Shown: piece by piece, positions 18,895-28,666 of the stretch
Numbering within the stretch: the first letter of the stretch is position 1
How the letters are laid out: the number at the start of each line of letters is the position of its first letter
Source of the DNA: Bacteroidota bacterium
GTDB lineage: Bacteria > Bacteroidota > Bacteroidia > 2-12-FULL-35-15
Direction of reading: 5' to 3'
Length of the DNA: 64,000 bases
NCBI GenBank assembly: GCA_947469885.1
Contig: CANIQT010000016.1
Coordinates: 19,213 to 83,212, forward strand
Program-made: the position numbers and the translations under genes
Notes under the pieces: generated by a model
What the model was told of the DNA's origin: nothing
Seen by the model: only the letters and a program-made list of their open reading frames with translations
Databases searched by the model: none

Positions 18895-20028
18895 TTACTC
18901 AAAGAATGATTTTATTTTGTCTGTAATAAATTCTATATTCTGTTGTTTCAAATAATAATGAAGAGGCAAACGCAATAACCAGGCGGCATACTTATCAGCA
19001 TTTACAAGCGGCTCACCTTTATACTTTGATTTATAAAAAGGACTTAAATGCAGACTTGAGTAATGAAAAGAAGAAGGAATACCAGATTCCGATAAGTACT
19101 TCATCAGTATCTGTCGCTGGAAAGGAGAATCGCATATGATGTAAAACAAATGAGCATTGTGAAAAGAATTTTCAGTGAGTACAGGTAAATCGAAATAATT
19201 TTTATCTTGTAAAGGTTTCAGCAAATGATAATACAAACTCCAAAGCTGTTTTCGTTTTGTTTGAATTTCTTCCAACTCTTCCAACTGAGAAAATAAATAG
19301 GCAGCAGTAATTTCAGACATTGTAAACGAGGAGCCGATGTCCATCCATTCGTATTTATCAACATCTCCTCTTACAAATGCAGCTCTGTTAGTTCCCTTTT
19401 CAAAAATCAGTTCTGCCCTCTTCAATAAACTTTCATCATTTATCACCAGCATCCCTCCTTCTCCACAACTAATATTTTTGGTATCATGAAAAGAAAAAGC
19501 AGATAAGTGTCCGAAACTTCCAAGAGGTTGCTCCTTATAATAGGCATCAATAGAATGAGCAGCATCTTCAATCACTATGATATGATGACGATTTGCAATT
19601 TCCATTATTTTATTCATGTCGCAGGCAACTCCACCATAATGAACCACCACAATTGCTTTTGTCTTTGAAGTAATTAATTTTTCAATTTTATCTGCATCTA
19701 TATTAGGAGAATCAACAGCACTATCTGCAAAAACAACAGTAGCTCCCCGCAGCACAAAAGGATTAGCTGAAGAAACAAATGTATAAGAAGGAATGATGAT
19801 TTCATCACCCTCTTTCGCATCAATAAGAATGGCAGCCATTTCTAAGGCATGAGTACAGGATGAAGTGAGGAAAGTATTTTCGAAAGAATACTTTTCATCA
19901 AAAAATAATTTACACTTTTGAGTGTATTGTCCATTGCTTTCAGAAAGGGCATCTTCAATATAGCTCAATCCTTTAGTTGAAACAAAAGGTTGATTAAAAC
20001 TAATTTTATTTTTTGAAATTGTTTTCAC
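18895..20028 (-). CDS. wecE: dTDP-4-amino-4,6-dideoxyhexose aminotransferase (WecE/RffA-like, DegT family)
   Basis: It is collinear with E. coli WecE as I recall it. Matching stretches are IIIPSYTFVSSANPFVLRGATVVF, HYGGVACDM, FSFHDTKNISCGEGG (PLP Lys) and FEKGTNRAAFVRGDVDKYEWMDIGSS. Confidence 0.85.
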   Translation of the reverse strand: MKTISKNKISFNQPFVSTKGLSYIEDALSESNGQYTQKCKLFFDEKYSFENTFLTSSCTHALEMAAILIDAKEGDEIIIPSYTFVSSANPFVLRGATVVFADSAVDSPNIDADKIEKLITSKTKAIVVVHYGGVACDMNKIMEIANRHHIIVIEDAAHSIDAYYKEQPLGSFGHLSAFSFHDTKNISCGEGGMLVINDESLLKRAELIFEKGTNRAAFVRGDVDKYEWMDIGSSFTMSEITAAYLFSQLEELEEIQTKRKQLWSLYYHLLKPLQDKNYFDLPVLTENSFHNAHLFYIICDSPFQRQILMKYLSESGIPSSFHYSSLHLSPFYKSKYKGEPLVNADKYAAWLLRLPLHYYLKQQNIEFITDKIKSFFE

Positions 20029-20711
20029 TATTTATTCTGCTTAAGTAGTTGTTTTATTTCCCGTGCCGGCATACCACATAATTCTTTCTTGCTCAACCCC
20101 GATTCTATAATGGTAGTAGCTCTTATCAACATATCATCAATATCAATGTTTTCAGAAATTACCTTTGCAGGAACACCACCAATGATTGTATTTTCAGAAT
20201 CAAAAGATTTATTGACCACTGCATTAGCACCAATTGCGGTATTGTTTGGAATGCTAATTTGTCCAAATATTTTTGCACCGGGGGCAATGTATATATTATC
20301 ACCAAGAACAGGCGCCTTGTCAGAAAAACCAGCTTGTGTACCAATATTTACATCAGCATGAATACGGCAATTAGCACCTATTTTTGCACCAGCATTAATA
20401 ATTATGGTTCCGTAATGTGCAATGGATAATCCAGGTCCGAAAACATTAACGGGAATTGTAAATCCAAGTTTATAAGAAATTTTATAATACCGTTTTAGAA
20501 CAAAAAAATAAGTGATTTTTTCAAACATATTTTTGTTCTTATTCTTTAGAAACTCAAGCTTACGTAATGTTTTCTGAAACTTCCATATATAATCGGGAAA
20601 TAAAAATGACTTTACAGATAGAGAAAAAGGCATGGATTCTTTCTTCGGCTTCGACAATGCAATTCTGTCGGCTTCCAGATAATAAAGATAGTCAGTTTTA
20701 CTTTTAATCAT
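20028..20711 (-). CDS. Hexapeptide-repeat (left-handed beta-helix) sugar O/N-acetyltransferase
   Basis: Imperfect hexapeptide repeats are present (IGANCRIHADVNIGTQ, GDNIYIAPGAKIFGQISI, IGANAVV). Confidence 0.75.
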   Translation of the reverse strand: MIKSKTDYLYYLEADRIALSKPKKESMPFSLSVKSFLFPDYIWKFQKTLRKLEFLKNKNKNMFEKITYFFVLKRYYKISYKLGFTIPVNVFGPGLSIAHYGTIIINAGAKIGANCRIHADVNIGTQAGFSDKAPVLGDNIYIAPGAKIFGQISIPNNTAIGANAVVNKSFDSENTIIGGVPAKVISENIDIDDMLIRATTIIESGLSKKELCGMPAREIKQLLKQNK

Positions 20712-21858
20712 CGCTTACTTCTTCTTTTAACACATTGAGAATTGTTTCATAACCACTACTGAAAACATCTTTCGTGAAATACTTTTGTGCTAAATTAAAA
20801 TTTTTCACCTTTTCAGAATACGGCAATTTAGTAAAATTATAATCACTGCTGAAATCGGAAATAATATGTCCACAATTATTCTGTTTTGTAAAACTACTGA
20901 AATCGCCAATGTTTTCAGAAATCAAAACACTTAATCCTGCATTAAGGTATTCAGCAAATTTGGTTGGAGACGCTACTTGATTGGTTATTGAATTCTCCCT
21001 TATCACTATTCCGTAATCAGCAGCAGAAAGGTAATCCCCTACTTCGTGCGCTTTTACCCATTTCTGAATAATACGTTCAGGAAACTGCTTGTATGTTTTT
21101 AAATGCTCCAATTTAGTATTAGCCAACAACATGAATTTTATTGTAGCATTCATTTGCATTTGCATAAAAATAAAATCATCCACAATTACCAATGATTGCC
21201 AGTCGGCCGAAGAGCCTGAATAAACAAAAACAATATCCTTGTCATCAAAACCCAATTCCTTTCGTATTTCAATTATAACTTCTTTTGATGGAAAAAAAAA
21301 TTCAACATCATTATTAAGTGTACATGGAATAACAACATGGGAATCCATTTTATAATCATATTCATTTCTCCAATACTCTACCAATTTTTCTGAAACAGCA
21401 ATTCTGCAGTCAGAATGATGAATGACATTATTTTCTAATTCAGCAATTTCATTTTTACCCTCAACAATTTTGCTTAGGTACTCATTATACTCCGCTTTGT
21501 AAGCACCCCTTCCGTCAAAAACTATTTTTTTCACACCCATCCTTTTTTTTAGATTCAAAGCAAGATTACCTGCAAAAACACCCCTGCACCAAATGCTTTG
21601 TTTACCAATAAAAAGAAATAACAACTTCAGAATTAATTTATTTTTTTTCCAGTTCTTTTGTTTTGGGAACATTGGAAGAACGATTGCACCAGAAAAATGT
21701 TGTTTAATACTTTTTTTATTGGCTGAAAAATTTCGAACCGAAATAAGTGCAACCAGTCGAATATCCGCATTGAATTTTCTATTTACAAAATTACACACAT
21801 CAGTAACCTGACTGAAATAAACACCCGTTGGCTGATCGTTATAGGTAAGGTAAATCAT
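20704..21858 (-). CDS. Putative GT-B-fold glycosyltransferase (family unclear)
   Basis: It has a Rossmann-like two-domain layout and the C-terminal PTKFAEYLNAGLSVLISENIG. It overlaps both neighbours. Confidence 0.4.
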   Translation of the reverse strand: MIYLTYNDQPTGVYFSQVTDVCNFVNRKFNADIRLVALISVRNFSANKKSIKQHFSGAIVLPMFPKQKNWKKNKLILKLLFLFIGKQSIWCRGVFAGNLALNLKKRMGVKKIVFDGRGAYKAEYNEYLSKIVEGKNEIAELENNVIHHSDCRIAVSEKLVEYWRNEYDYKMDSHVVIPCTLNNDVEFFFPSKEVIIEIRKELGFDDKDIVFVYSGSSADWQSLVIVDDFIFMQMQMNATIKFMLLANTKLEHLKTYKQFPERIIQKWVKAHEVGDYLSAADYGIVIRENSITNQVASPTKFAEYLNAGLSVLISENIGDFSSFTKQNNCGHIISDFSSDYNFTKLPYSEKVKNFNLAQKYFTKDVFSSGYETILNVLKEEVSDD

Positions 21859-22958
21859 TCAATCAGTAGTTGATTTAAGACACTTACTATCCGTTCCGTT
21901 GCTTTTCCATCCCATAGTTCAGGGACTGTTCCTTTTTTATAATTATCTGTTTCAATTAAGTTCATCTGAGTTTTAATTGAATCAATATCAAATGGAATCA
22001 ATGTGTTTGTACCTATAGAGCAGGTTACAGGTCGTTCCGTGTTTGGCCTCAATGTTAAACAAGGAACTCCAACAAATGTTGACTCTTCCTGTATTCCTCC
22101 ACTATCTGTTAAAATAAATTTGCTGTTACTAATCAGATTTTGAAACGCAAAATAATCAAGAGGTTCTGTGGAAACAATATTTTTAATGTTTTGAAAACGA
22201 TATAGCAATCCTTCTTTTTCAATATTCTTTAAGGTACGTGGATGAATAGGAAACACCACTTTATACAGTTTCGTTACTTCTTCAATCAACTCTATCAATT
22301 TCGTGAGTCCGACTACATTATCAACTGTTGCTGGGCGGTGCATGGTCATTAGCACATACTTTTTTGATTCAAGTTTCAACTTTTCTAATATAGTTGATGA
22401 TTGAATTTTTAAATCAAAACTAACTAGTGAGTCAATCATGGTATTCCCAACAAAAAAAAGTTTGTTTTTGGCAACACCCTCCTTCAGTAAGTTATTGATT
22501 CCACTTTGCTCTGTTACAAAATAATAATCCGTAATTGCATCAGTCACAATTCTGTTGTTTTCTTCGGGCATTGTTTTATCAAAACTCCTCAATCCGCTTT
22601 CTAGATGGGCTAATTTGATATTTAATTTATTTGCAACAAGTGCAGCAGCAAGAGTTGAATTAACATCACCTACTACAATCACTAAATCAGGCTGATAAGT
22701 AGTATTTAATAGCTCTTCGAGTTTCATCATAATGTAGGCCATCTGTGCTATGGCTGAATCAGGAGAAATATTTAGGAAAAAATCAGGGATAAGATTGAAT
22801 TGTTCGAAAAACACATCTGCCATCTTGGAATCATAGTGTTGCCCTGTATGCACAATTTTAACCTCTAAAGAAGAGAATTTTGCAACCTCCTTTTTAAATT
22901 GGGTAACCTTAATAAAATTAGGTCGTGTGCCAACAACAATTAGTATTTTCTTTTTCAT
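21855..22958 (-). CDS. wecB: UDP-N-acetylglucosamine 2-epimerase (non-hydrolysing)
   Basis: It has KILIVVGTRPNFIKV, HTGQHYD, GDVNSTLAAAL, HLESGLRSFD and DSGGIQEE. Confidence 0.9.
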   Translation of the reverse strand: MKKKILIVVGTRPNFIKVTQFKKEVAKFSSLEVKIVHTGQHYDSKMADVFFEQFNLIPDFFLNISPDSAIAQMAYIMMKLEELLNTTYQPDLVIVVGDVNSTLAAALVANKLNIKLAHLESGLRSFDKTMPEENNRIVTDAITDYYFVTEQSGINNLLKEGVAKNKLFFVGNTMIDSLVSFDLKIQSSTILEKLKLESKKYVLMTMHRPATVDNVVGLTKLIELIEEVTKLYKVVFPIHPRTLKNIEKEGLLYRFQNIKNIVSTEPLDYFAFQNLISNSKFILTDSGGIQEESTFVGVPCLTLRPNTERPVTCSIGTNTLIPFDIDSIKTQMNLIETDNYKKGTVPELWDGKATERIVSVLNQLLIE

Positions 22959-22964
22959 CCTTTC

Positions 22965-23873
22965 CTATCCAAGTATTTTTTGAATCACTTTAAAACCAAG
23001 TAATTTGTAAAAAAACAAATAAAATGCAGATGAGCTGGAAGATGAAACTGGCTCAAATTTATTTTTTACATACTTTATATATAATTCTATTCCCGCCTCT
23101 TTGTTTTCAGAGTATAAAATTCGAATACTATCAAAAACGTTTATTTTTAACACGTTTAGAAGATTGTTTGTTAACTGACCTGATGATTTCAAATACTCCC
23201 AAATATTAATTCTAAGTTCAATGTACCTGATAATATTATCTTTTACATTGGTTTTAGAAATTGAACTTAGAGTACGTTCCATTTTTATCGTGTTAAATTC
23301 TTCATCAAATAAAACAATACTATTCTGCTTTAATATTTTAAACATTAATATAGCCTCTTGACTACTCCTGACATTATCCCAACCACCTACATTTATCAAC
23401 ACACTTTTTTTCCATAAGTTGGAGCTTGTAAATCCTAAACGTCCTTTGATTAATCCTTCCCAGCTGTTTTTTATTTGAATAATATTTTCTGTTTTATTAT
23501 TTTCTGTTCTGCTGTAATTGCCAACAATTAAATCTGAATTAGTTTCAGAAATCAAATTCATTTGTGTTCTTAATTTTTCAGGGAGAAGAATATCATCTGC
23601 ATCCAAAAACTGAATCCACTCCCCTTTAGCAATTTTAAGTCCTGAATTTCTTGCTACAGATGCTCCATGTTGTGATTCAATAAGTACGATAACCTTATCA
23701 GGATATTTTTTTTTGTAATTATTCAAAACCAATAAGGTGTTATCGGAAGAATTATTTTCGATACAAATGATTTCTGTTTCCTTATAAGTTTGTTGAATAA
23801 CCGACTCGATACATTCACTAATAAATTTTTCTGCGTTGTGACAGGGTATAATAACAGAAATTAATGGTGACAT
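22965..23873 (-). CDS. GT2-family glycosyltransferase
   Basis: It has ISVIIPCHNAEKFISECIESVIQQTY and the DxD motif as FLDADD. Confidence 0.85.
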   Translation of the reverse strand: MSPLISVIIPCHNAEKFISECIESVIQQTYKETEIICIENNSSDNTLLVLNNYKKKYPDKVIVLIESQHGASVARNSGLKIAKGEWIQFLDADDILLPEKLRTQMNLISETNSDLIVGNYSRTENNKTENIIQIKNSWEGLIKGRLGFTSSNLWKKSVLINVGGWDNVRSSQEAILMFKILKQNSIVLFDEEFNTIKMERTLSSISKTNVKDNIIRYIELRINIWEYLKSSGQLTNNLLNVLKINVFDSIRILYSENKEAGIELYIKYVKNKFEPVSSSSSSAFYLFFYKLLGFKVIQKILG

Positions 23874-23895
23874 AGCTATAAAATTTCAAAAAAAT

Positions 23896-24957
23896 CTATT
23901 TGAATTTTTGTTTCCATTTCAAAATCCTTTTTTCGTAAAATTCGTACGAAAGAATAGCAACAACAAAAGTGAGGATGATGTTAAGCGGGAAAACAAAAAT
24001 CCATATTGATGGGTCCTCTTTGGGACTATTACCAATAAAAAATCCTTGCCAAATATATAATCCATAAGATATTTTTCCCACATAAGAAATAACTTTAGTA
24101 TCCAAAACTTTTACGAAACCACTCGATTGATTATGAAAAATCCATAGCAGTAATAATGAAGCCCCGATAGAATGAAAAATGCGAACAGAATCGAACAAGC
24201 CGTCAGGTATATAAAAGGGAACGAATAACACACCTAAACTAACTAATAACCAAACACCATTATTTTTAAATTGTTTTTTTACAACATCAATATTTGTATG
24301 ATTATACAATGCGATGATGGAACCAATTAAAATAGGAGTTATAGCAGGTATTATCCATCGGTCAACAAAAAATAAATTTTTCAGCTGACGTTCATGAATA
24401 TAAAGTTCAGGAAGAATTTGAAGTGCCGCAAAACTCACTATTATTACTACTACTACTAAAATGTAAATGCTAGATTTTTTCAAATAACTCAAAATGAAAG
24501 GCCATGTGAAATAAAATTGCTCTTCTACACCCAACGACCAAGTATGCGATAATTCAGCAGAAAACACACGGTTATCTTTAGGAATAAAATTATAGAGATA
24601 TGCCATAGAAACAAAAAGTCCCAAATAAGCCGGTTCAATTAAACCAAAAAACATAAAGATAGCAATACAAATATAGAATGGTATGATTGGCGGGAGCAGT
24701 CTTAAAAATCTCCTTATAAAAAATTTCTTGATATTTATTTTTCCTTTCTCGTTCTTTTCGTGCAACAATAATGAAGTAATTAAAAATCCGCTTATGGCAA
24801 AAAACATATTTACACCAGCCCCACCAGATATAAAATAAAATACATTCTGTCGCAAATAGGGAATATTGGGCAACAGGCTTGCCACTCCTAAATGCGAACA
24901 AAACACAAACATGATTGAAAAAAAACGTAACCCGTCAAAACCTTTTATTCTCTCCAT
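23896..24957 (-). CDS. Acyltransferase family 3
   Basis: It begins GFDGLRFFSIMFVFCSH and is polytopic. Confidence 0.8.
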   Translation of the reverse strand: MERIKGFDGLRFFSIMFVFCSHLGVASLLPNIPYLRQNVFYFISGGAGVNMFFAISGFLITSLLLHEKNEKGKINIKKFFIRRFLRLLPPIIPFYICIAIFMFFGLIEPAYLGLFVSMAYLYNFIPKDNRVFSAELSHTWSLGVEEQFYFTWPFILSYLKKSSIYILVVVVIIVSFAALQILPELYIHERQLKNLFFVDRWIIPAITPILIGSIIALYNHTNIDVVKKQFKNNGVWLLVSLGVLFVPFYIPDGLFDSVRIFHSIGASLLLLWIFHNQSSGFVKVLDTKVISYVGKISYGLYIWQGFFIGNSPKEDPSIWIFVFPLNIILTFVVAILSYEFYEKRILKWKQKFK

Positions 24958-25013
24958 TTTAGTACTCTTAACAGTAAATAGCTTTCATTTAAAATATCAA
25001 AATTCAATATTAC

Positions 25014-25982
25014 TTAATTATTATCATTAAAATTAATTTTTTCATCTTTCAAAATATTAAGCTTCTTAAAATCTTGCAATAATATTTTATTAAACAAATC
25101 CACACCAAACTGATTCAAGTGATGAGAATCGTAAAAATGCGTTTGAGAATTAAAATTACTATTAAATGAATAATCCAAATATTTTACATTATATTTATCG
25201 GATAAACCAATAAATACCTTTTTGAAAATATCGTGTTGCTCTTTCAGTTTTTCTTTCGGAAAAGGAGCAGTTACCATTACCACAGGAATTTTGTTATCCT
25301 TAAAATATTGTAATATTTTCTCGAGATAATTAATCTGCATTTCGCTCGGAAAACCTCTGCTTTCATATTCTTCAAAAGGAAGAGAATATTTTAGAGTATC
25401 TCTTTTTTCACTAAACCCATTGCCAACATAAAACGAATCGAGGTAAATTGGGGGAACAGATTTATTCACAAACCTCAGAGCAAGCATATTTATTATCTGT
25501 GGGTTTTGATATGATGAAGCCATTTCTATAGCAGCCTTATCGGATGAAAGATTTTGAATTAAATCTGATGCTGACTCGAAACCATTGAAAAGAAAGGAAC
25601 CATCGTACACATCCAAAATTACCAGTTTGCAATTTTGAGGAGTCACATAATTTTTTACAATAACATAAGAATTAAGCGGAGATTGTGCACTCGTGCCAAG
25701 GTTAAAAACATTTATTCCTTCTTTTTTAAAATTTCTAGGGTCGTAACCCCTATAAGCATGCGAAGAACCAATAATTATTATATCATATTTTTCACTTTTG
25801 TTAAATTGATTAAATTTCTGATAACTATTTCCACCTTTCAGCATATAAATATCAGATGTACGATATATCAAAGGTTTGCTTTTAAATTTTACTTTACAAA
25901 CAAACACCAATGAAGGAATATAAATGAGGGCAAACACCAAAAGAAAAACAAGTCCGGTTGATATTAATTTTTTGATTTCCAT
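25014..25982 (-). CDS. Putative extracytoplasmic partner of the MBOAT (DltD/AlgJ/AlgX-like)
   Basis: It has a single N-terminal TM anchor and IIIGSSHAYRGYD. Its stop abuts the start codon of the MBOAT gene (25982/25983). Confidence 0.4.
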   Translation of the reverse strand: MEIKKLISTGLVFLLVFALIYIPSLVFVCKVKFKSKPLIYRTSDIYMLKGGNSYQKFNQFNKSEKYDIIIIGSSHAYRGYDPRNFKKEGINVFNLGTSAQSPLNSYVIVKNYVTPQNCKLVILDVYDGSFLFNGFESASDLIQNLSSDKAAIEMASSYQNPQIINMLALRFVNKSVPPIYLDSFYVGNGFSEKRDTLKYSLPFEEYESRGFPSEMQINYLEKILQYFKDNKIPVVMVTAPFPKEKLKEQHDIFKKVFIGLSDKYNVKYLDYSFNSNFNSQTHFYDSHHLNQFGVDLFNKILLQDFKKLNILKDEKINFNDNN

Positions 25983-27440
25983 TTAAAACTGAAAGTAAAT
26001 AAAGTTAGTATCGGAGAATCGTCCAAAAATTAAAATAAATGCAAGAATACTCGCAAATAAAATCAGGTTAAGTGCTTTGCTCTTTATCACTCTTTGTTGC
26101 TTCTGCAATTTATCCATAAACGAATCGGCTGAAAGAAACAAGGCTAACAATCCAAACATCACAAATATACCCGTTATGTCGTTTATTCTGAACAAAGAAA
26201 TATTTTTTAAGTTAATGAAATCTTCCATTGTAAATATTTTTACAATAATGGAAAAAGCATCGTCCAGCGTTTGGGCCCTAAAAAATATCCATGCAAATGC
26301 AACGAGGTTAAACGTAATAAATGTTTGGGCAACTGATAAAGCAAATGATTTATAATTTCTTTCCTCTTCAATGTCGTACAAAACTCCACCAAAAAACCGT
26401 TTTAAGAAATTTTCGATGAGTAAATAAAATCCATGCAATGCACCCCAGATTATAAATGTCCAGTTGGCTCCATGCCAAAAACCGCTGACTAAAAACACCA
26501 CCATAGTATTGAAAAACAATCGCCCTCTCTCCACTTTTTTTCCACCTAATGGTATATAAACATAATCTCGGAACCAAGTGGAAAGCGACATGTGCCATCG
26601 TTGCCAAAATTCTCTTATTGATTTTGAAAAATAAGGGGTGCGAAAGTTTTCTCTCAAATTAATTCCAAGCACTTTTGCGGAGCCAATGGCAATATCGGAA
26701 TAACCAGAGAAATCGCAGTAAATCTGGATAGCAAAAAAGTAAGTATAAAGTAATAATGAAAAACCATCGTGGTTGTCAATATTTCCATACCCTTGTTTTA
26801 CCAATGCCGATAGTCTGTCGGCAATTACAATTTTTTTGAAAAATCCCCAGAGCATCTGCTTTAATCCTGCTACTATTCGTTCGTAATCTATATCGTAATG
26901 AAAATTGAACTGAGGCAATACATTTTGAGGACGCTCGATAGGGCCCGCTACCAATTGAGGAAAGAACATTACATAAAGTGCATACTTAACAAAATTCCGT
27001 TCAGCGGTTTGGTTTCCCCTATAAACTTCAATGGTATAACTCATTGCTTGAAATGTATGGAAAGACAAACCTATGGGGAGAATAATACCAAGATAAGGCA
27101 AAGAAGAATCGAACCCAAGAAAGGTAATTACTTCGTTAAAATTATCAATGAAAAAATTATAATATTTAAAAACTGCCAATACTCCAATATTGGCAATAAG
27201 GCTCATAATTAGGAATTGTTTTCTACGATTGCCTTCCGTTGCATTTTCAATTAATATTCCAGCAAAATAATCTATTACAATAGTACCACCTAAAATAAGA
27301 ATGTAATAAGGAATAAACGCCATGTAAAAATAACAACTGGCGGTTAACAGTATCAGCCAACGAAATCTATAAGGCGATAAAAAATAGATTAGGGTTACTA
27401 AAGGAAAAAAAACTAAAAAACTAAAAGAGTTAAATAACAT
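25983..27440 (-). CDS. MBOAT-family membrane O-acyltransferase (AlgI/DltB-like)
   Basis: It has the conserved FWQRWHMSLSTWFRDYVYIPLGG and FLVSGFWHGANW (catalytic His). Confidence 0.85.
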   Translation of the reverse strand: MLFNSFSFLVFFPLVTLIYFLSPYRFRWLILLTASCYFYMAFIPYYILILGGTIVIDYFAGILIENATEGNRRKQFLIMSLIANIGVLAVFKYYNFFIDNFNEVITFLGFDSSLPYLGIILPIGLSFHTFQAMSYTIEVYRGNQTAERNFVKYALYVMFFPQLVAGPIERPQNVLPQFNFHYDIDYERIVAGLKQMLWGFFKKIVIADRLSALVKQGYGNIDNHDGFSLLLYTYFFAIQIYCDFSGYSDIAIGSAKVLGINLRENFRTPYFSKSIREFWQRWHMSLSTWFRDYVYIPLGGKKVERGRLFFNTMVVFLVSGFWHGANWTFIIWGALHGFYLLIENFLKRFFGGVLYDIEEERNYKSFALSVAQTFITFNLVAFAWIFFRAQTLDDAFSIIVKIFTMEDFINLKNISLFRINDITGIFVMFGLLALFLSADSFMDKLQKQQRVIKSKALNLILFASILAFILIFGRFSDTNFIYFQF

Positions 27441-27448
27441 AGTTGGTT

Positions 27449-28666
27449 TTATATATTAATTAAGTCTTCATAAAATTTCGAATAAATATGCTCCGCTTCA
27501 AAATGACTTTGCCAGAAACTTCTTACTCCTTTTCTAAATTCACTTGTATTCTTATTACTCATCTTAAAATCTGAAATCAATTTTGCAGTTTTGGTTATGT
27601 CCACATTTTTATCTATCAAATAACCGGTTTGCTCATTTACTATTTCTGCCATACCACCTACATTGGTTGCTATTACAGGTATTCCAAAACTAATGGCTTC
27701 TTGAACAGAAACCGGTAAACTTTCAGTTTCGCTAGTAGTTATAAATAAATTCACTGAATGGTTTTTATAAAATTCAATCACTTCCTTATTGGGTATACGT
27801 CCTTTAAATACAAAAGTAATATTTGTTGGCAAAAGTAACGCCTTTTCTTTCATTTCCTCCATACTAATGCCATCACCAAAATGAATCCAGTTCAAATCAA
27901 AATTAATGTTCTTCAGCATTTCAATAATTAAATGAACCCTTTTAAGTGGAATTAAATTGGAGCACGAAACGATTGTAAATTTTCCGCTTTCATCAAAGGC
28001 ATTAAATCCACTATTACTAGTACCCCAATACTGAATTTTTATTTTTTCGGGGAAACAGTTTTTGCTTTTAATGTAATTCACCCCATCCATCGAATTGGGA
28101 TAAACTGCACTAGCGTTTTTATAAACGAAATACCTGAAAGGTAAAAAGCCACCCTTATGCCGCTCATCATATATATCAAACCCTGCGCAACGGAAAACGA
28201 AATTATTAATCACCTTTTTACGTTTTAATATTGCCAAAGCCAACGCCCAATCATTCATCCAATACGAATAATAAATAACTTCATCAGGACTATGTTTAAT
28301 TGATTGCTTGATTTTTTCAGAATCATAAATTCCTCTTATCAAAATAGAATTGAATTGACGGATATTTTTAAGAAAATAAAACGGACGAGGAACACGCACA
28401 AATTCAGATAGTAATACAGAGCAAATAAAAAAAAAGTGGGATAAGTATATTTTTCTTGGAATCAAATCATTCCTTTCGTTTATTGCCTCTTGAACAATGC
28501 AATTAGCAGGAATAGTTCTTTTTTCTTCCCCTTTGTTAGCGTGTGGAAAAATAAAAATGGAATTAAATTTTTGTACCAGAACTGGAATTTCATTTTCAAG
28601 AAAACTCTCCGCCCTGCCATACGGATACGCTGCGGTAAATAAATAAACTACCTGCTTCATAAACAC
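27449..28666 (-). CDS. GT4-family glycosyltransferase
   Basis: It has ETESLPVSVQEAISFGIPVIATNVGGMAEIV. Its start is flush with the stop of the fibre gene, sharing 1 nt. Confidence 0.75.
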   Translation of the reverse strand: MFMKQVVYLFTAAYPYGRAESFLENEIPVLVQKFNSIFIFPHANKGEEKRTIPANCIVQEAINERNDLIPRKIYLSHFFFICSVLLSEFVRVPRPFYFLKNIRQFNSILIRGIYDSEKIKQSIKHSPDEVIYYSYWMNDWALALAILKRKKVINNFVFRCAGFDIYDERHKGGFLPFRYFVYKNASAVYPNSMDGVNYIKSKNCFPEKIKIQYWGTSNSGFNAFDESGKFTIVSCSNLIPLKRVHLIIEMLKNINFDLNWIHFGDGISMEEMKEKALLLPTNITFVFKGRIPNKEVIEFYKNHSVNLFITTSETESLPVSVQEAISFGIPVIATNVGGMAEIVNEQTGYLIDKNVDITKTAKLISDFKMSNKNTSEFRKGVRSFWQSHFEAEHIYSKFYEDLINI

